From IMG/VR virus record IMGVR_UViG_3300034954_001721: a DNA stretch of 64,000 bases. One strand, 5' to 3'. The notes under the pieces were generated by a model. The model saw nothing but the letters and a program-made list of their open reading frames with translations. It did no database searches and had not been told where the DNA came from. Within the stretch, counting starts at the first letter, position 1; each line of letters opens with the position of its first letter. A program made the translations under genes and the position numbers. Positions 37,599 through 47,337 of this stretch are shown in pieces. This stretch comes from a virus.

Positions 37599-38382
37599 GA
37601 ACAAAGCAGCACACAAACTCAAAAATCTTCCACCAATCTATTGTATTAACCTTGATGATAAACCTGAAAGGTGGAAGTTTATGGAAGACCAGTTCAAGTA
37701 CTGGCAAGTAGAAAACTATACTCGTGTGTCTGCCTATGATGGTAGAGGTGATAATGACTTAGGAGAAATTCTGAAAGGGAGATATCCAGACAATATGACT
37801 TCTGGTGAGGTCGGTTGTACCACATCTCACCTCAAGGCGATTAAAATGTTTTTGGAAACAGACGCGCCCTGTGCTTTAATGATGGAGGATGATTGTGACA
37901 TATCTACCGCATTTCATTGGGGATTCACTTGGAAAGATTTTTATGCCAAGATTCCATATGATTATGATGTAATTCAATTAGCAATCATCAATCCTGCACA
38001 GATCACAGTTCAGATGCATCGTAGATTTGTCAATGACTTTTCTACTGCTTGTTATATGATTACTAGGCATCACGCAGAGAAACTTGTAAAACTTCATTGC
38101 CGTGGTGATAAGTATAAACTTGATCAGGGTGTCAAACCTCGTGCAGTTGCTGATGATCTGATTTACAACTCAGGTAATACTTTTGCTATGCCTTTGTTCC
38201 TATATCAGATTGCTTTGGGATCTGATATTCACGATATTCATATCAATGTATTCCATAAGAGTAGTTATGAGGGTCTCTGGCAGTTCTGGAGAAATCAAGC
38301 AGCAGACATTGAAAACTGGAATGAAATGTTTGATTACAACCCATATGCAGGAAGATTGCCACCTGGTTTTGAAGGCAAGTAA
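37591..38382 (+). CDS. GT25 glycosyltransferase
   Basis: CINLDDKPER, GEVGCTTSH, MEDD. Confidence 0.85.
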   Translation: MDKNKAAHKLKNLPPIYCINLDDKPERWKFMEDQFKYWQVENYTRVSAYDGRGDNDLGEILKGRYPDNMTSGEVGCTTSHLKAIKMFLETDAPCALMMEDDCDISTAFHWGFTWKDFYAKIPYDYDVIQLAIINPAQITVQMHRRFVNDFSTACYMITRHHAEKLVKLHCRGDKYKLDQGVKPRAVADDLIYNSGNTFAMPLFLYQIALGSDIHDIHINVFHKSSYEGLWQFWRNQAADIENWNEMFDYNPYAGRLPPGFEGK

Positions 38383-38398
38383 GTATAAACCACTACAC

Positions 38399-38435
38399 AG
38401 CATCTCTTGACAGGGGTGCTTTTTTACTATATAAT
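38399..38435 (+). promoter_or_regulatory. Terminator hairpin with the -35 box in its loop, plus early promoter
   Basis: AGCATCTC-TTGACA-GGGGTGCT plus T run; TTGACA-N17-TATAAT. Confidence 0.75.
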
Positions 38436-38462
38436 ATGTAAAGATTTACAACGAATTGTAAA

Positions 38463-38666
38463 ATGACTGTTACAACCAATGAGTATGGGCAACAGAATCT
38501 GTTTGCCAAAGAACCCCAAATGGTTGTTGAAAGCTACAACCGTAAGGGTCTTGAGTCTCCACAGCAGTATGCCGAGACCTATAATGGTCGCTGGGCAATG
38601 ATGGGTATCATCTCTGGATTCATCTCTTATGCTGCTACTGGCAAGTTTTTCTTCGGTATCGTTTGA
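38463..38666 (+). CDS. hli: High-light inducible protein
   Basis: AETYNGRWAMMG chlorophyll-binding motif; TG..FFG end. Confidence 0.9.
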   Translation: MTVTTNEYGQQNLFAKEPQMVVESYNRKGLESPQQYAETYNGRWAMMGIISGFISYAATGKFFFGIV

Positions 38667-38752
38667 TGGCGGAGACTGTATTTACGGTTACTTCAATTGC
38701 ATTCCTAGTTTTGCTAGGATATTCTGTACAACAACTTGCTGAAACTTATTGA
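38666..38752 (+). CDS. 28 aa TM peptide
   Basis: MAETVFTVTSIAFLVLLGYSVQQLAETY; TGATG coupled at both ends. Confidence 0.55.
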   Translation: MAETVFTVTSIAFLVLLGYSVQQLAETY

Positions 38753-38970
38753 TGGAAAACTCCCTTCTTGAAATTCTGACTTATTATGTGATTGGTGGTG
38801 CCCTTCTGATTGGTGCTCCAGGAGTATTCTTTTTTGTTGTATTCATGTCCGCCCTTCAAAATACGAAAGGGCGTATGGTTGGATACAAAGATCACAAAAC
38901 CTATGGTGACATTTCATCTTATGAAAACTCACCTACAGATAACACAAAATTCTATCTTACACTAAAATAA
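38752..38970 (+). CDS. Small TM hypothetical protein
   Basis: Hydrophobic helix followed by LQNTKGRMVGY. Confidence 0.6.
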   Translation: MENSLLEILTYYVIGGALLIGAPGVFFFVVFMSALQNTKGRMVGYKDHKTYGDISSYENSPTDNTKFYLTLK

Positions 38971-39080
38971 TGTTTAACGAAAAAGCAGAAAAACTTAATG
39001 GTCGCGCAGCAATGGTTGGTTTCGTAGCCGCCGTTGGATCCTATCTCGCCACTGGTCAAGTAATTCCAGGTTTATGGTGA
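38970..39080 (+). CDS. hli: High-light inducible protein (36 aa; not in ORF track)
   Basis: MFNEKAEKLNGRAAMVGFVAAVGSYLATGQVIPGLW. Confidence 0.92.
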   Translation: MFNEKAEKLNGRAAMVGFVAAVGSYLATGQVIPGLW

Positions 39081-39214
39081 ACGAAATGTTACTCATAGCA
39101 GCTTCCATGGTAGGAGGGTTCCTCTTTGCCGCCTTATTGACTGATGGAAATGTTGATGATGACGACGATTATGGTGGAGGAATGATGATTCCTGCCTCAT
39201 CATCGAATACTTGA
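39077..39214 (+). CDS. Small TM peptide with DDDDDxGGGMMIP tail
   Basis: GTGA overlap; hydrophobic helix followed by acidic run. Confidence 0.55.
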   Translation: MNEMLLIAASMVGGFLFAALLTDGNVDDDDDYGGGMMIPASSSNT

Positions 39215-39239
39215 CAAGGTATCAAATCTTCTATATAAT
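39211..39239 (+). promoter_or_regulatory. Sigma70-like early promoter
   Basis: Perfect TTGACA-N17-TATAAT. Confidence 0.8.
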
Positions 39240-39260
39240 TCTATCTCATACACAAATTAA

Positions 39261-39551
<291 letters not shown>

Positions 39552-39584
39552 ATACATAAGTTTATATCGTAAGTATTCAATAAT

Positions 39585-39737
39585 ATGCCCAATTCAGACG
39601 CACTGTGGCAGGATATACAAAAACTCGACGATATGTACGAAGAGTTACTATGGCATCCTGATGATAAACTGGTCTTCACACATGATGGTAAGCGAATCAT
39701 CATATACAATAAAACAATAGAAGATAATCAATCTTGA
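39585..39737 (+). CDS. 50 aa hypothetical protein
   Basis: MPNSDALWQD...LLWHPDDKL. Confidence 0.5.
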   Translation: MPNSDALWQDIQKLDDMYEELLWHPDDKLVFTHDGKRIIIYNKTIEDNQS

Positions 39738-39750
39738 TTCCCACACAAAA

Positions 39751-39802
39751 TTGACGGTTAAATACAAAAGAATATAATATAAGGGCAGCAATGCCCTTTT
39801 TT
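39751..39802 (+). promoter_or_regulatory. Promoter plus terminator-like hairpin ahead of glgP
   Basis: TTGACG-N16-TATAAT, then AAGGGC-AGCAAT-GCCCTT-TTTT. Confidence 0.6.
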
Positions 39803-39807
39803 AATAG

Positions 39808-42198
39808 ATGCTTAAAACTAATATTGGTGATAGAGTAAAGGAAAGACTTCTCTACACCTTGGGCAAACGCTCAGAAAATGCCTCAGCACACGATGTGTAT
39901 ACGGCATTGTGCTATGCAGTTAGAGATAAGATGGTGGAGAACCATCTGGTTGAGAAGTCTCATAGAAAAGAGATTGCATATCTTTCAGCAGAATTTTTGA
40001 TTGGTCCACAGTTAAGCAATAATCTCCTCAACTTAGATATCCGCAAAGAAGCAGCAGAAGCAGTTGGTAAGTACGGATATACTCTGGATGAGATCTTAGA
40101 ACTGTCAGTTGAACCTGGACTTGGTAATGGTGGTCTGGGTAGACTCGCTGCTTGTTATATGGAATCTCTGGCAACTTTGAGAGTGCCAGCAACTGGATAT
40201 GGTATCAGATATAAGTATGGTATTTTCAAACAGACCATCAAGGACAATCAGCAGGTAGAGGTTACTGATAACTGGTTGCACGGAGATTGGCCCTGGGAAC
40301 TTTGTTATCCTGATGAATCAGTAGAAGTTGGATTTGGTGGTAAGGTTGAGCACTACGAACTAGAAGAGGGTGAGTATCGAGTTCGTTGGGTTCCTGCTAC
40401 TCACGTTGTTGCTGTTCCTTACGATGTCTTGCAAGCAGGATACAAGGTTGATAGTTGTGCAAAGATCAGACTCTGGAGAGCAGATGCTACAGATGTATTT
40501 GATTTCTATGCTTTCAATATTGGTGACTACCTTGGGTCAGTTGAACAGAGCGTAACTTCTGAAACTATCTCTAAGGTTTTGTATCCCAATGACGGTACAG
40601 ATCAGGGCAAGGAACTCAGACTGAAGCAGCAGTTCTTCTTTGTAAGTGCTTCACTTCAGGATATGCTTCGCAGTATGAAAGAACGTGCATTGCCTCTTGA
40701 GGACTTTCATAAGCACTTTCAAGTTCAGTTGAATGATACGCACCCATCTGTTGCTGTAGCAGAACTGATGAGGTTGCTTGTGGATGAGCACCACCTGGAC
40801 TGGGATCTGGCGTGGGACATTACAAGTAAGTCAATTGCTTACACGAATCATACATTGTTGCCAGAGGCACTAGAGAAGTGGAGTCTGAAGTTGTTTGAGA
40901 AACTTCTGCCTAGACACCTGGAAATCATTTATGAAATCAACTCTCGTTTCTTGCAGATTGTGAGAATGAGATATCCTGGTGATGATGAAACTCTGAGCAA
41001 ACTATCCATCATTGATGAAACTGGTAGTAAGTCAATTCGTATGGCAAACCTTGCTACAGTCGGTTCTCATCACGTCAATGGTGTTGCTGCACTCCACTCA
41101 GATTTGATTACTAAGAATTTGATGCCAGAGTTCTATGATCTTTGGCCACACAAATTCACCAATGTAACTAATGGTGTGACACCACGCCGTTGGTTGGCAG
41201 ATTCTAATCCAGCACTCGCAGAAGTTCTTGATGAATATGCTGGACCAGAATGGGCAACTGATATGGATATTCTCAGGAATCTAGAGAATCATATTGATGA
41301 TAATCATCTGCTTGAGAAGATTGATGCTACCAAGCTCATAGGTAAGCATAAACTGTCTCAATACATACAGAACACACTTGGCATTTCTGTTGATCCGTCA
41401 AGTATGTTTGATGTGCAGGTGAAGAGAATTCATGAGTACAAACGACAGCATCTCCTTGCTTTATGGATTGTGTCTCGGTACATGTATATCAAAAATCATA
41501 AAGACGATTACGTTGTACCTCGCACAGTAATCTTTGGTGGTAAGGCAGCACCTGGTTACTATATGGCGAAAGAGATTATTCGCTTTATCTGTAATGTTGC
41601 TGAGACGATCAACTCTGATCCTGATATGGATGGGAAGTTGCGTGTGGTCTTCTTGCCAAACTACAGTGTGAAGTTGGGGCAGAAAGTATATCCTGCTGCT
41701 GATCTTTCTGAGCAAATCTCTACTGCAGGTAAGGAGGCATCCGGTACTGGTAATATGAAGTTCCAGATGAATGGTGCTTTGACTATTGGAACACTTGATG
41801 GTGCCAACGTTGAAATCCGTGATCTGGTTGGGGAAGAGAACTTCTTTCTCTTTGGTAATACTGAAGATGAGATTGCTGCTCTATGGGCAAATGGATATGA
41901 TCCAAAAGAATATATGAGTGCTGGTCTTTTTGAAGCAATTGAACTTATCAAATCTGGTCACTTCTCAAACGGAAATAAGAACTCATTCAATAATTTGGTG
42001 AGTAATATTATGGATAGAGATCCTTTCTGTGTCTGTGCAGACTTTGCTGACTACTGTCGTGCCCAAACTGTAGTGGACACCACTTGGGGTAATAGAGAAG
42101 AGTGGAACCGTAAGTCTCTTATGAACATTGCTAGGTCTGGATTCTTCTCTTCTGATCGGTCCATTCAGGATTACTGCGATACGATTTGGAAAATTTGA
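39808..42198 (+). CDS. glgP: Glycogen/alpha-glucan phosphorylase (GT35)
   Basis: GLGNGGLGRLAAC, QLNDTHP, YTNHTLLPEALE, KRIHEYKRQ, PLP-lysine motif EASGTGNMKF. Confidence 0.97.
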   Translation: MLKTNIGDRVKERLLYTLGKRSENASAHDVYTALCYAVRDKMVENHLVEKSHRKEIAYLSAEFLIGPQLSNNLLNLDIRKEAAEAVGKYGYTLDEILELSVEPGLGNGGLGRLAACYMESLATLRVPATGYGIRYKYGIFKQTIKDNQQVEVTDNWLHGDWPWELCYPDESVEVGFGGKVEHYELEEGEYRVRWVPATHVVAVPYDVLQAGYKVDSCAKIRLWRADATDVFDFYAFNIGDYLGSVEQSVTSETISKVLYPNDGTDQGKELRLKQQFFFVSASLQDMLRSMKERALPLEDFHKHFQVQLNDTHPSVAVAELMRLLVDEHHLDWDLAWDITSKSIAYTNHTLLPEALEKWSLKLFEKLLPRHLEIIYEINSRFLQIVRMRYPGDDETLSKLSIIDETGSKSIRMANLATVGSHHVNGVAALHSDLITKNLMPEFYDLWPHKFTNVTNGVTPRRWLADSNPALAEVLDEYAGPEWATDMDILRNLENHIDDNHLLEKIDATKLIGKHKLSQYIQNTLGISVDPSSMFDVQVKRIHEYKRQHLLALWIVSRYMYIKNHKDDYVVPRTVIFGGKAAPGYYMAKEIIRFICNVAETINSDPDMDGKLRVVFLPNYSVKLGQKVYPAADLSEQISTAGKEASGTGNMKFQMNGALTIGTLDGANVEIRDLVGEENFFLFGNTEDEIAALWANGYDPKEYMSAGLFEAIELIKSGHFSNGNKNSFNNLVSNIMDRDPFCVCADFADYCRAQTVVDTTWGNREEWNRKSLMNIARSGFFSSDRSIQDYCDTIWKI

Positions 42199-42207
42199 AA
42201 AAGGGGG

Positions 42208-42236
42208 TTGACAGATACGGAGAACCGAAGTATTAT
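42208..42236 (+). promoter_or_regulatory. psbA promoter
   Basis: TTGACA-N17-TATTAT. Confidence 0.8.
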
Positions 42237-42269
42237 ACATAATGTAGAACGTTACGAAACGTAACACTC

Positions 42270-42380
42270 AAACACCCCACAAACCAAGACCTCTAGGGTG
42301 TATAAAAACGTCTTTCATATCCTCTCTAAGGGTGAGAGGAAATAGTAACTCCACCATTTCCCTGATGGTCTTACTTTTTT
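42270..42380 (+). ncRNA. PhotoRC-II-like structured leader upstream of psbA
   Basis: Hairpins TCCTCTC/GAGAGGA, ACCAT/ATGGT, AGTAA/TTACT; position matches the known cyanophage psbA leader motif. Confidence 0.7.
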
Positions 42381-42390
42381 GTTTAAAACA

Positions 42391-43470
42391 ATGGCTTCAA
42401 CTCTTTCAAGACAACAATCACAATCCTCGTGGGAAAATTTCTGCGAGTGGGTAACATCCACCAATAACCGTCTCTATGTCGGTTGGTTCGGCGTTCTGAT
42501 GATTCCAACTCTGTTGGCAGCAACTATCTGCTTCATCGTCGCCTTCATCGCTGCTCCCCCTGTGGACATCGATGGCATCCGTGAACCCGTCGCTGGTTCA
42601 CTCATGTATGGTAACAACATCATCTCTGGTGCGGTTGTTCCCTCTTCCAACGCAATTGGACTCCACTTCTATCCCATCTGGGAAGCCGCATCGCTCGACG
42701 AGTGGCTGTATAACGGTGGTCCTTTCCAACTCGTAGTCTTCCACTTCCTGATCGGCATCTATGCCTATATGGGTCGTGAGTGGGAACTTTCCTATCGTTT
42801 GGGTATGCGCCCCTGGATCTGCGTTGCTTACAGCGCACCTGTCGCTGCTGCTTCTGCTGTATTCCTCGTCTATCCTTTCGGTCAAGGTAGTTTCTCCGAT
42901 GCTATGCCTCTTGGTATCTCTGGTACTTTTAACTATATGCTTGTATTCCAAGCAGAACACAATATCCTTATGCATCCGTTCCACATGCTCGGTGTTGCTG
43001 GGGTATTCGGTGGATCTCTGTTCTCTGCTATGCATGGAAGTTTGGTTACTTCTTCGCTGGTTCGTGAAACCACGGAAACTGAGTCCCAGAACTATGGTTA
43101 TAAGTTCGGTCAAGAAGAAGAGACATACAACATCGTCGCCGCTCACGGTTACTTCGGTCGCCTGATCTTCCAATATGCATCCTTTAACAACTCACGCTCT
43201 TTGCACTTCTTCCTCGCTGCTTGGCCTGTTATTGGAATCTGGTTCACTGCCCTTGGTGTTTCTACCATGGCATTCAATCTCAATGGTTTCAACTTCAACC
43301 AGTCTATCCTTGATAACCAAGGACAAGTTCTGAATACTTGGGCAGATGTTCTGAACCGTGCAGGTCTGGGTATGGAAGTGATGCACGAGCGCAACGCTCA
43401 CAATTTCCCTCTCGACCTTGCTGCTGCTGAGTCAACTCCTGTTGCACTCACCGCACCTAGCATCGGTTGA
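42391..43470 (+). CDS. psbA: Photosystem II D1 protein (no intron)
   Basis: NRLYVGWFG...[13 protein letters not shown]. Confidence 0.99.
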   Translation: MASTLSRQQSQSSWENFCEWVTSTNNRLYVGWFGVLMIPTLLAATICFIVAFIAAPPVDIDGIREPVAGSLMYGNNIISGAVVPSSNAIGLHFYPIWEAASLDEWLYNGGPFQLVVFHFLIGIYAYMGREWELSYRLGMRPWICVAYSAPVAAASAVFLVYPFGQGSFSDAMPLGISGTFNYMLVFQAEHNILMHPFHMLGVAGVFGGSLFSAMHGSLVTSSLVRETTETESQNYGYKFGQEEETYNIVAAHGYFGRLIFQYASFNNSRSLHFFLAAWPVIGIWFTALGVSTMAFNLNGFNFNQSILDNQGQVLNTWADVLNRAGLGMEVMHERNAHNFPLDLAAAESTPVALTAPSIG

Positions 43471-43488
43471 TATTTAACTCACATACAA

Positions 43489-43519
43489 AAAGTAGGGGAC
43501 TTTGGTCCCCTATTTTTTT
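43489..43519 (+). terminator. Rho-independent terminator
   Basis: TAGGGGAC-TTTG-GTCCCCTA plus T run. Confidence 0.85.
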
Positions 43520-43537
43520 CTCCTTGTATGTTAAGAT

Positions 43538-43669
43538 ATGATAAGTTCACAAACACCTTATAAACTTGCTGAGATCATTCGTGATACTTGGCCACAACTC
43601 TATTACTTAAAAGGAGGTAAAAAAATTGGTAGCATCAACACTACAACAACCAAGGAGGGAATGGTTTGA
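43538..43669 (+). CDS. 43 aa hypothetical peptide between psbA and psbD
   Basis: [24 protein letters not shown]...; overlaps psbD start. Confidence 0.4.
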   Translation: MISSQTPYKLAEIIRDTWPQLYYLKGGKKIGSINTTTTKEGMV

Positions 43670-44681
43670 CATCCTTGATGACTGGCTTAAACGCGACCGC
43701 TTTATCTTTGTGGGCTGGTCTGGACTACTACTTTTTCCCACTGCTTATTTGGCCATTGGTGGCTGGCTTACTGGCACGACCTTTGTTACAAGCTGGTATA
43801 CCCACGGGTTGGCGTCTTCTTATCTTGAGGGTGCTAATTTCCTCACAGCGGCTGTGTCAACGCCTGCTGATGCTATGGGTCATTCTCTTCTTCTACTTTG
43901 GGGTCCTGAAGCTCAGGGCGATTTCGTCAGGTGGTGCCAACTTGGGGGACTCTGGGCTTTTGTGGCGCTCCACGGCGCTTTCGCCCTCATTGGTTTCATG
44001 CTTAGGCAATTTGAACTTGCTCGTCTAATCGGTATCCGTCCCTACAATGCTATTGCTTTCTCTGGTCCTATTGCTGTTTTTGTCAGCGTTTTTCTCATAT
44101 ATCCTCTGGGACAGTCGTCCTGGTTCTTCGCGCCATCGTTTGGGGTTGCGGCTATTTTCCGCTTCTTACTTTTCCTACAAGGTTTCCACAATTGGACGCT
44201 TAATCCGTTCCACATGATGGGAGTCGCAGGTATCCTAGGTGGAGCACTACTCAGTGCAATCCATGGTGTCACAGTGGAGAATACTTTATATCAAGATGGC
44301 GAACAAGCAAACACGTTCAAAGCGTTCGACTCGACGCAAGAAGAAGAAACATATTCCATGGTCACGGCGAATCGATTTTGGTCGCAGATATTTGGAATTG
44401 CTTTTAGCAATAAACGTTGGTTGCATTTTTTCATGTTGTTTGTACCTGTTATGGGCCTATGGACTTCTTCCATTGGGATTATTGGTCTTGCCCTCAATCT
44501 TCGTGCATACGATTTTGTATCTCAAGAGATTCGAGCAGCGGAAGACCCAGAGTTCGAGACGTTCTACACTAAGAACATTCTATTGAACGAAGGTCTTCGT
44601 GCATGGTTGGCACCAGTTGATCAACCACATGAAAACTTCGTGTTTCCTGAAGAAGTATTGCCTCGTGGTAATGCACTCTAA
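43626..44681 (+). CDS. psbD: Photosystem II D2 protein
   Basis: DDWLKRDRF...[10 protein letters not shown]; TTG start with AGGAGG SD. Confidence 0.99.
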   Translation: MVASTLQQPRREWFDILDDWLKRDRFIFVGWSGLLLFPTAYLAIGGWLTGTTFVTSWYTHGLASSYLEGANFLTAAVSTPADAMGHSLLLLWGPEAQGDFVRWCQLGGLWAFVALHGAFALIGFMLRQFELARLIGIRPYNAIAFSGPIAVFVSVFLIYPLGQSSWFFAPSFGVAAIFRFLLFLQGFHNWTLNPFHMMGVAGILGGALLSAIHGVTVENTLYQDGEQANTFKAFDSTQEEETYSMVTANRFWSQIFGIAFSNKRWLHFFMLFVPVMGLWTSSIGIIGLALNLRAYDFVSQEIRAAEDPEFETFYTKNILLNEGLRAWLAPVDQPHENFVFPEEVLPRGNAL

Positions 44682-44739
44682 AGGATGTTGTGGAGCAGGA
44701 TGTTATGACTGTCCATTCAGACCACGAACCAAACGGTGA
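44671..44739 (+). CDS. 22 aa Cys-motif peptide (CCGxGCxxCP)
   Basis: [22 protein letters not shown] overlapping the psbD stop. Confidence 0.4.
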   Translation: MHSKGCCGAGCYDCPFRPRTKR

Positions 44740-44833
44740 AGACACCATACCTAGATGGTTATGGATAGGGGCAGCAGGTCTGCTCCTTTTCACCATTTTA
44801 TGTTTTCTAATTATGCTTGCAGGAATGCTTTGA
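44705..44833 (+). CDS. 42 aa TM peptide
   Basis: [42 protein letters not shown]; GGAG/AGGA upstream. Confidence 0.5.
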   Translation: MTVHSDHEPNGEDTIPRWLWIGAAGLLLFTILCFLIMLAGML

Positions 44834-44879
44834 CTAAAAATTTTATGATCCAATATCAACAATTCAAAGAATAGATTAA

Positions 44880-45089
44880 ATGAATCACTATCTCCTATTC
44901 GTATATGGGGTATGTTTTGCTCTTATCGGGGGCGCAGCATTCGCCATGATGTGGGCAAACATTAATTCACTTGATATCAAACCCATATCAAAAAAACAAA
45001 GACATCCAGAGGTACCAGAACCAGGAGAAGAGGTGATGTATGTCGATCTTTCAAGAGAAAAACTAGAGAGATTATATGATGACAAATAG
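44880..45089 (+). CDS. DUF2973-like small membrane protein
   Basis: TM helix followed by RHPE...GEEVMYV. Confidence 0.6.
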   Translation: MNHYLLFVYGVCFALIGGAAFAMMWANINSLDIKPISKKQRHPEVPEPGEEVMYVDLSREKLERLYDDK

Positions 45090-45112
45090 ATGAGGCAACA
45101 CACTTTGATTTT

Positions 45113-45142
45113 GGAGAGAGGTTAAGAAACCTCTCTTTTTTT
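45113..45142 (+). terminator. Rho-independent terminator
   Basis: AGAGAGGTT/AACCTCTCT plus T run. Confidence 0.75.
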
Positions 45143-45295
45143 ATACCTATGTAAAAAAGAAAAGAAAGTTTAATAATTTATGTGTAAATCGACACATTGT
45201 TCCTATATAGTGATAGAATTGGGAAGTCAATTATGAAATGAAAACCCCAAATCTTTTGTAAATTTTGGCATGATTTAAATTACGTGGAGGTAATT

Positions 45296-45493
45296 ATGCA
45301 TAATATTCTTTCGCACAATCAACTGGAAGGTTGGAAAGACGCATTCTTACGACTAAACAAAACACTGGATCGATCATTGGAGGAATCAGATGTTATCAAC
45401 GACTATTATGATTGTTTGATTGAATGCGATGATAGTCAATCAACATGTAAACGGATCTGTCGGGAGGTTCTAAGAGATCACCCCGTTGGGTGA
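45296..45493 (+). CDS. Conserved cyanobacterial-type hypothetical protein (4 Cys)
   Basis: DYYDCLIECDD...CKRIC; GGAGG SD. Confidence 0.65.
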   Translation: MHNILSHNQLEGWKDAFLRLNKTLDRSLEESDVINDYYDCLIECDDSQSTCKRICREVLRDHPVG

Positions 45494-45539
45494 AAAGAAA
45501 CGATTATGATATAATAGGAGGGTTAACACCCTCTTTTTT

Positions 45540-45716
45540 ATGTCTAGAATGCGTGACCCATTGGTGCATGGGTTTTGGTGTGTTGGTTACGTTCTCAATG
45601 GTGAGGACAAGGTAGCAACATTCTTTCAGATGGAATCAGCACAAGAAGCACTAGTAAGGATGATGAAGATGGGTGTTGAGTGTAATGGTATGTGGGAATG
45701 GAAGTTTGAAAAATAA
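45540..45716 (+). CDS. 58 aa hypothetical protein (not in ORF track)
   Basis: MSRMRDPLVHGFWCVGY...WEWKFEK. Confidence 0.5.
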   Translation: MSRMRDPLVHGFWCVGYVLNGEDKVATFFQMESAQEALVRMMKMGVECNGMWEWKFEK

Positions 45717-45758
45717 ATAGTAATGTAGTCACGGGCACACAACCCAAGCAGGTTTCCC

Positions 45759-45962
45759 ATGTATCGGGAACCGCATTTACAGTGTAAGTCGGACAAATGT
45801 CGTGACCTCTGGTTGGTATGGAAAGAATTTTGGGACAGAGATAACAACAGTAAAGAAACAAAAGAAGCAAGAAAAAATTGGGGTCAATGTGTAACAGAAT
45901 TTGGTGAAATGGTTAGTGAGGAAGTCCGCACAAATCCCAGGTATCACGGTATACGGAAGTAA
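45759..45962 (+). CDS. Hypothetical protein
   Basis: MYREPHLQ...; TAAATA at 45714 upstream. Confidence 0.55.
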   Translation: MYREPHLQCKSDKCRDLWLVWKEFWDRDNNSKETKEARKNWGQCVTEFGEMVSEEVRTNPRYHGIRK

Positions 45963-45988
45963 TATATACTGAAGATGCGTAAACTTAA

Positions 45989-46312
45989 ATGAAGTTTTTC
46001 TTCGCACTTCTTGCTACACTCTTTCTTGCTACACCTGCTTGGGCTGTAGATGTTCAAATGGGATCAAATGGTAACTTGATTTTTGACCCAGCAGATGTTA
46101 CAATATCCGCAGGTGAGTCAGTTCACTTTGTGAATAATATGCTCCCTCCACATAATGTGATCGTAGAGGATCGTCCTGATCTTGCTCATGAATCACTCGC
46201 TATGCTTCCTGGTGAAGAGTTTGATATCACCTTTAATGATCCAGGTGATTACACCTATTGGTGTGCTCCTCATAAAGGCGCTGGTATGATTGGTACCGTA
46301 CACGTTGAATGA
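45989..46312 (+). CDS. petE: Plastocyanin
   Basis: Signal ending AWA; PHNV; YWCAPHKGAGMIG. Confidence 0.96.
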   Translation: MKFFFALLATLFLATPAWAVDVQMGSNGNLIFDPADVTISAGESVHFVNNMLPPHNVIVEDRPDLAHESLAMLPGEEFDITFNDPGDYTYWCAPHKGAGMIGTVHVE

Positions 46313-46332
46313 TGCAGTATACGCACAATTAC

Positions 46333-46977
46333 ATGAAAATTTTTCTGGATACAGCAGACACCGAAGTTATTAATAATGCCTATCGAAGTGGATTGGTAGA
46401 TGGTGTCACTACCAACCCCACACTCATTATGAAGAGTGGTCGCAATCCTGAAGAGGTCTATCAGGAAATCAAAGATATTGGTATCACTGATATCAGTATG
46501 GAAGTGGTTGGCGATGAGGGTGAAATGTATCGTGAAGGCAAGCGTCTTTATGAGAAGTTTGGGAATGTTTGTACCGTCAAAGTTCCTTGCACCCGTGAAG
46601 GACTTGCTGTATGTAAGTCTCTTTCTGACCAGAATATCAAGGTCAATGTAACCCTTATCTTCAGTGCTGCTCAGGCAGTGCTTGCTGCTAAGGCAGGTGC
46701 TACCTATGTTTCACCATTCGTTGGTCGTCTTGATGACCAGTCTGTTGCTGGTCTTGAGGTTGTGCGTTCTATTTCTGAACTCTATCGTATTCATGGAGTG
46801 AGGACTCAGGTTCTTGCTGCTTCTATCCGAAGTGTTCAGCGTGCTGTTCGCTCTTGGTATAATGGTGCAGAAATTTGTACTATGCCACCAAAGGTCTTTG
46901 AACAGATGTATGACCACATCCTTACGGATAAAGGTCTGGAAATCTTTGATAAAGACTGGGCAGCAGTTAAGAAATAA
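46333..46977 (+). CDS. talC: Transaldolase (TalC)
   Basis: FLDTAD, GVTTNPT, VKVP, YVSPFVGRLDD. Confidence 0.96.
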   Translation: MKIFLDTADTEVINNAYRSGLVDGVTTNPTLIMKSGRNPEEVYQEIKDIGITDISMEVVGDEGEMYREGKRLYEKFGNVCTVKVPCTREGLAVCKSLSDQNIKVNVTLIFSAAQAVLAAKAGATYVSPFVGRLDDQSVAGLEVVRSISELYRIHGVRTQVLAASIRSVQRAVRSWYNGAEICTMPPKVFEQMYDHILTDKGLEIFDKDWAAVKK

Positions 46978-46980
46978 CCC

Positions 46981-47009
46981 TTTACATACCCCCACTTTGG
47001 GGGTATAAT
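46981..47009 (+). promoter_or_regulatory. Early promoter with a palindromic spacer
   Basis: TTTACA-N17-TATAAT; spacer ATACCCCCA/TGGGGGTAT. Confidence 0.6.
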
Positions 47010-47031
47010 TGTATTAAGTTGAATTAATTCG

Positions 47032-47337
47032 ATGATTGGTAAACTTGATCCTGAAGAGTATGAAGATACTCTTGTGAACCAAATAGCAAGAGCTATCAAC
47101 AAACTAGGATGGGAACCGGGAGATGAAATCGATGTAGAAATCGGTGGAACATCTGTCTCTGGTATTGATGTTGGTGAGGAATATAACAAGAAGTGGCAAT
47201 CACCTCTTGGAACCAGAAAGTATAATAAAGATGCTTTCATCGTCATCAAAAATCAATCTCGTCGCGACCTAACTAAATCACAACCTTTTCCTGAAGGTGA
47301 ATTCAAACCTGCTCACCCTTACGAGAAAAAGAAATGA
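47032..47337 (+). CDS. Conserved cyanophage hypothetical protein
   Basis: GTRKYNKDAFIVIKN. Confidence 0.65.
   Translation: MIGKLDPEEYEDTLVNQIARAINKLGWEPGDEIDVEIGGTSVSGIDVGEEYNKKWQSPLGTRKYNKDAFIVIKNQSRRDLTKSQPFPEGEFKPAHPYEKKK

Noticed and set aside
38666-38752. PetM subunit of cytochrome b6f
   Set aside because: Only size and hydrophobicity agree; the Gly pattern is missing
42598-44586. Alternative-frame and antisense ORFs over psbA/psbD
   Set aside because: Shadow ORFs of highly conserved genes; no RBS or recognisable motifs
42391-44681. Group I intron or homing endonuclease in psbA/psbD
   Set aside because: Both genes are continuous and normal length; the intergenic gap is only about 155 nt
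45296-45493. CP12
   Set aside because: Lacks AWD.VEEL and the C-terminal C..P...EC..YD motif
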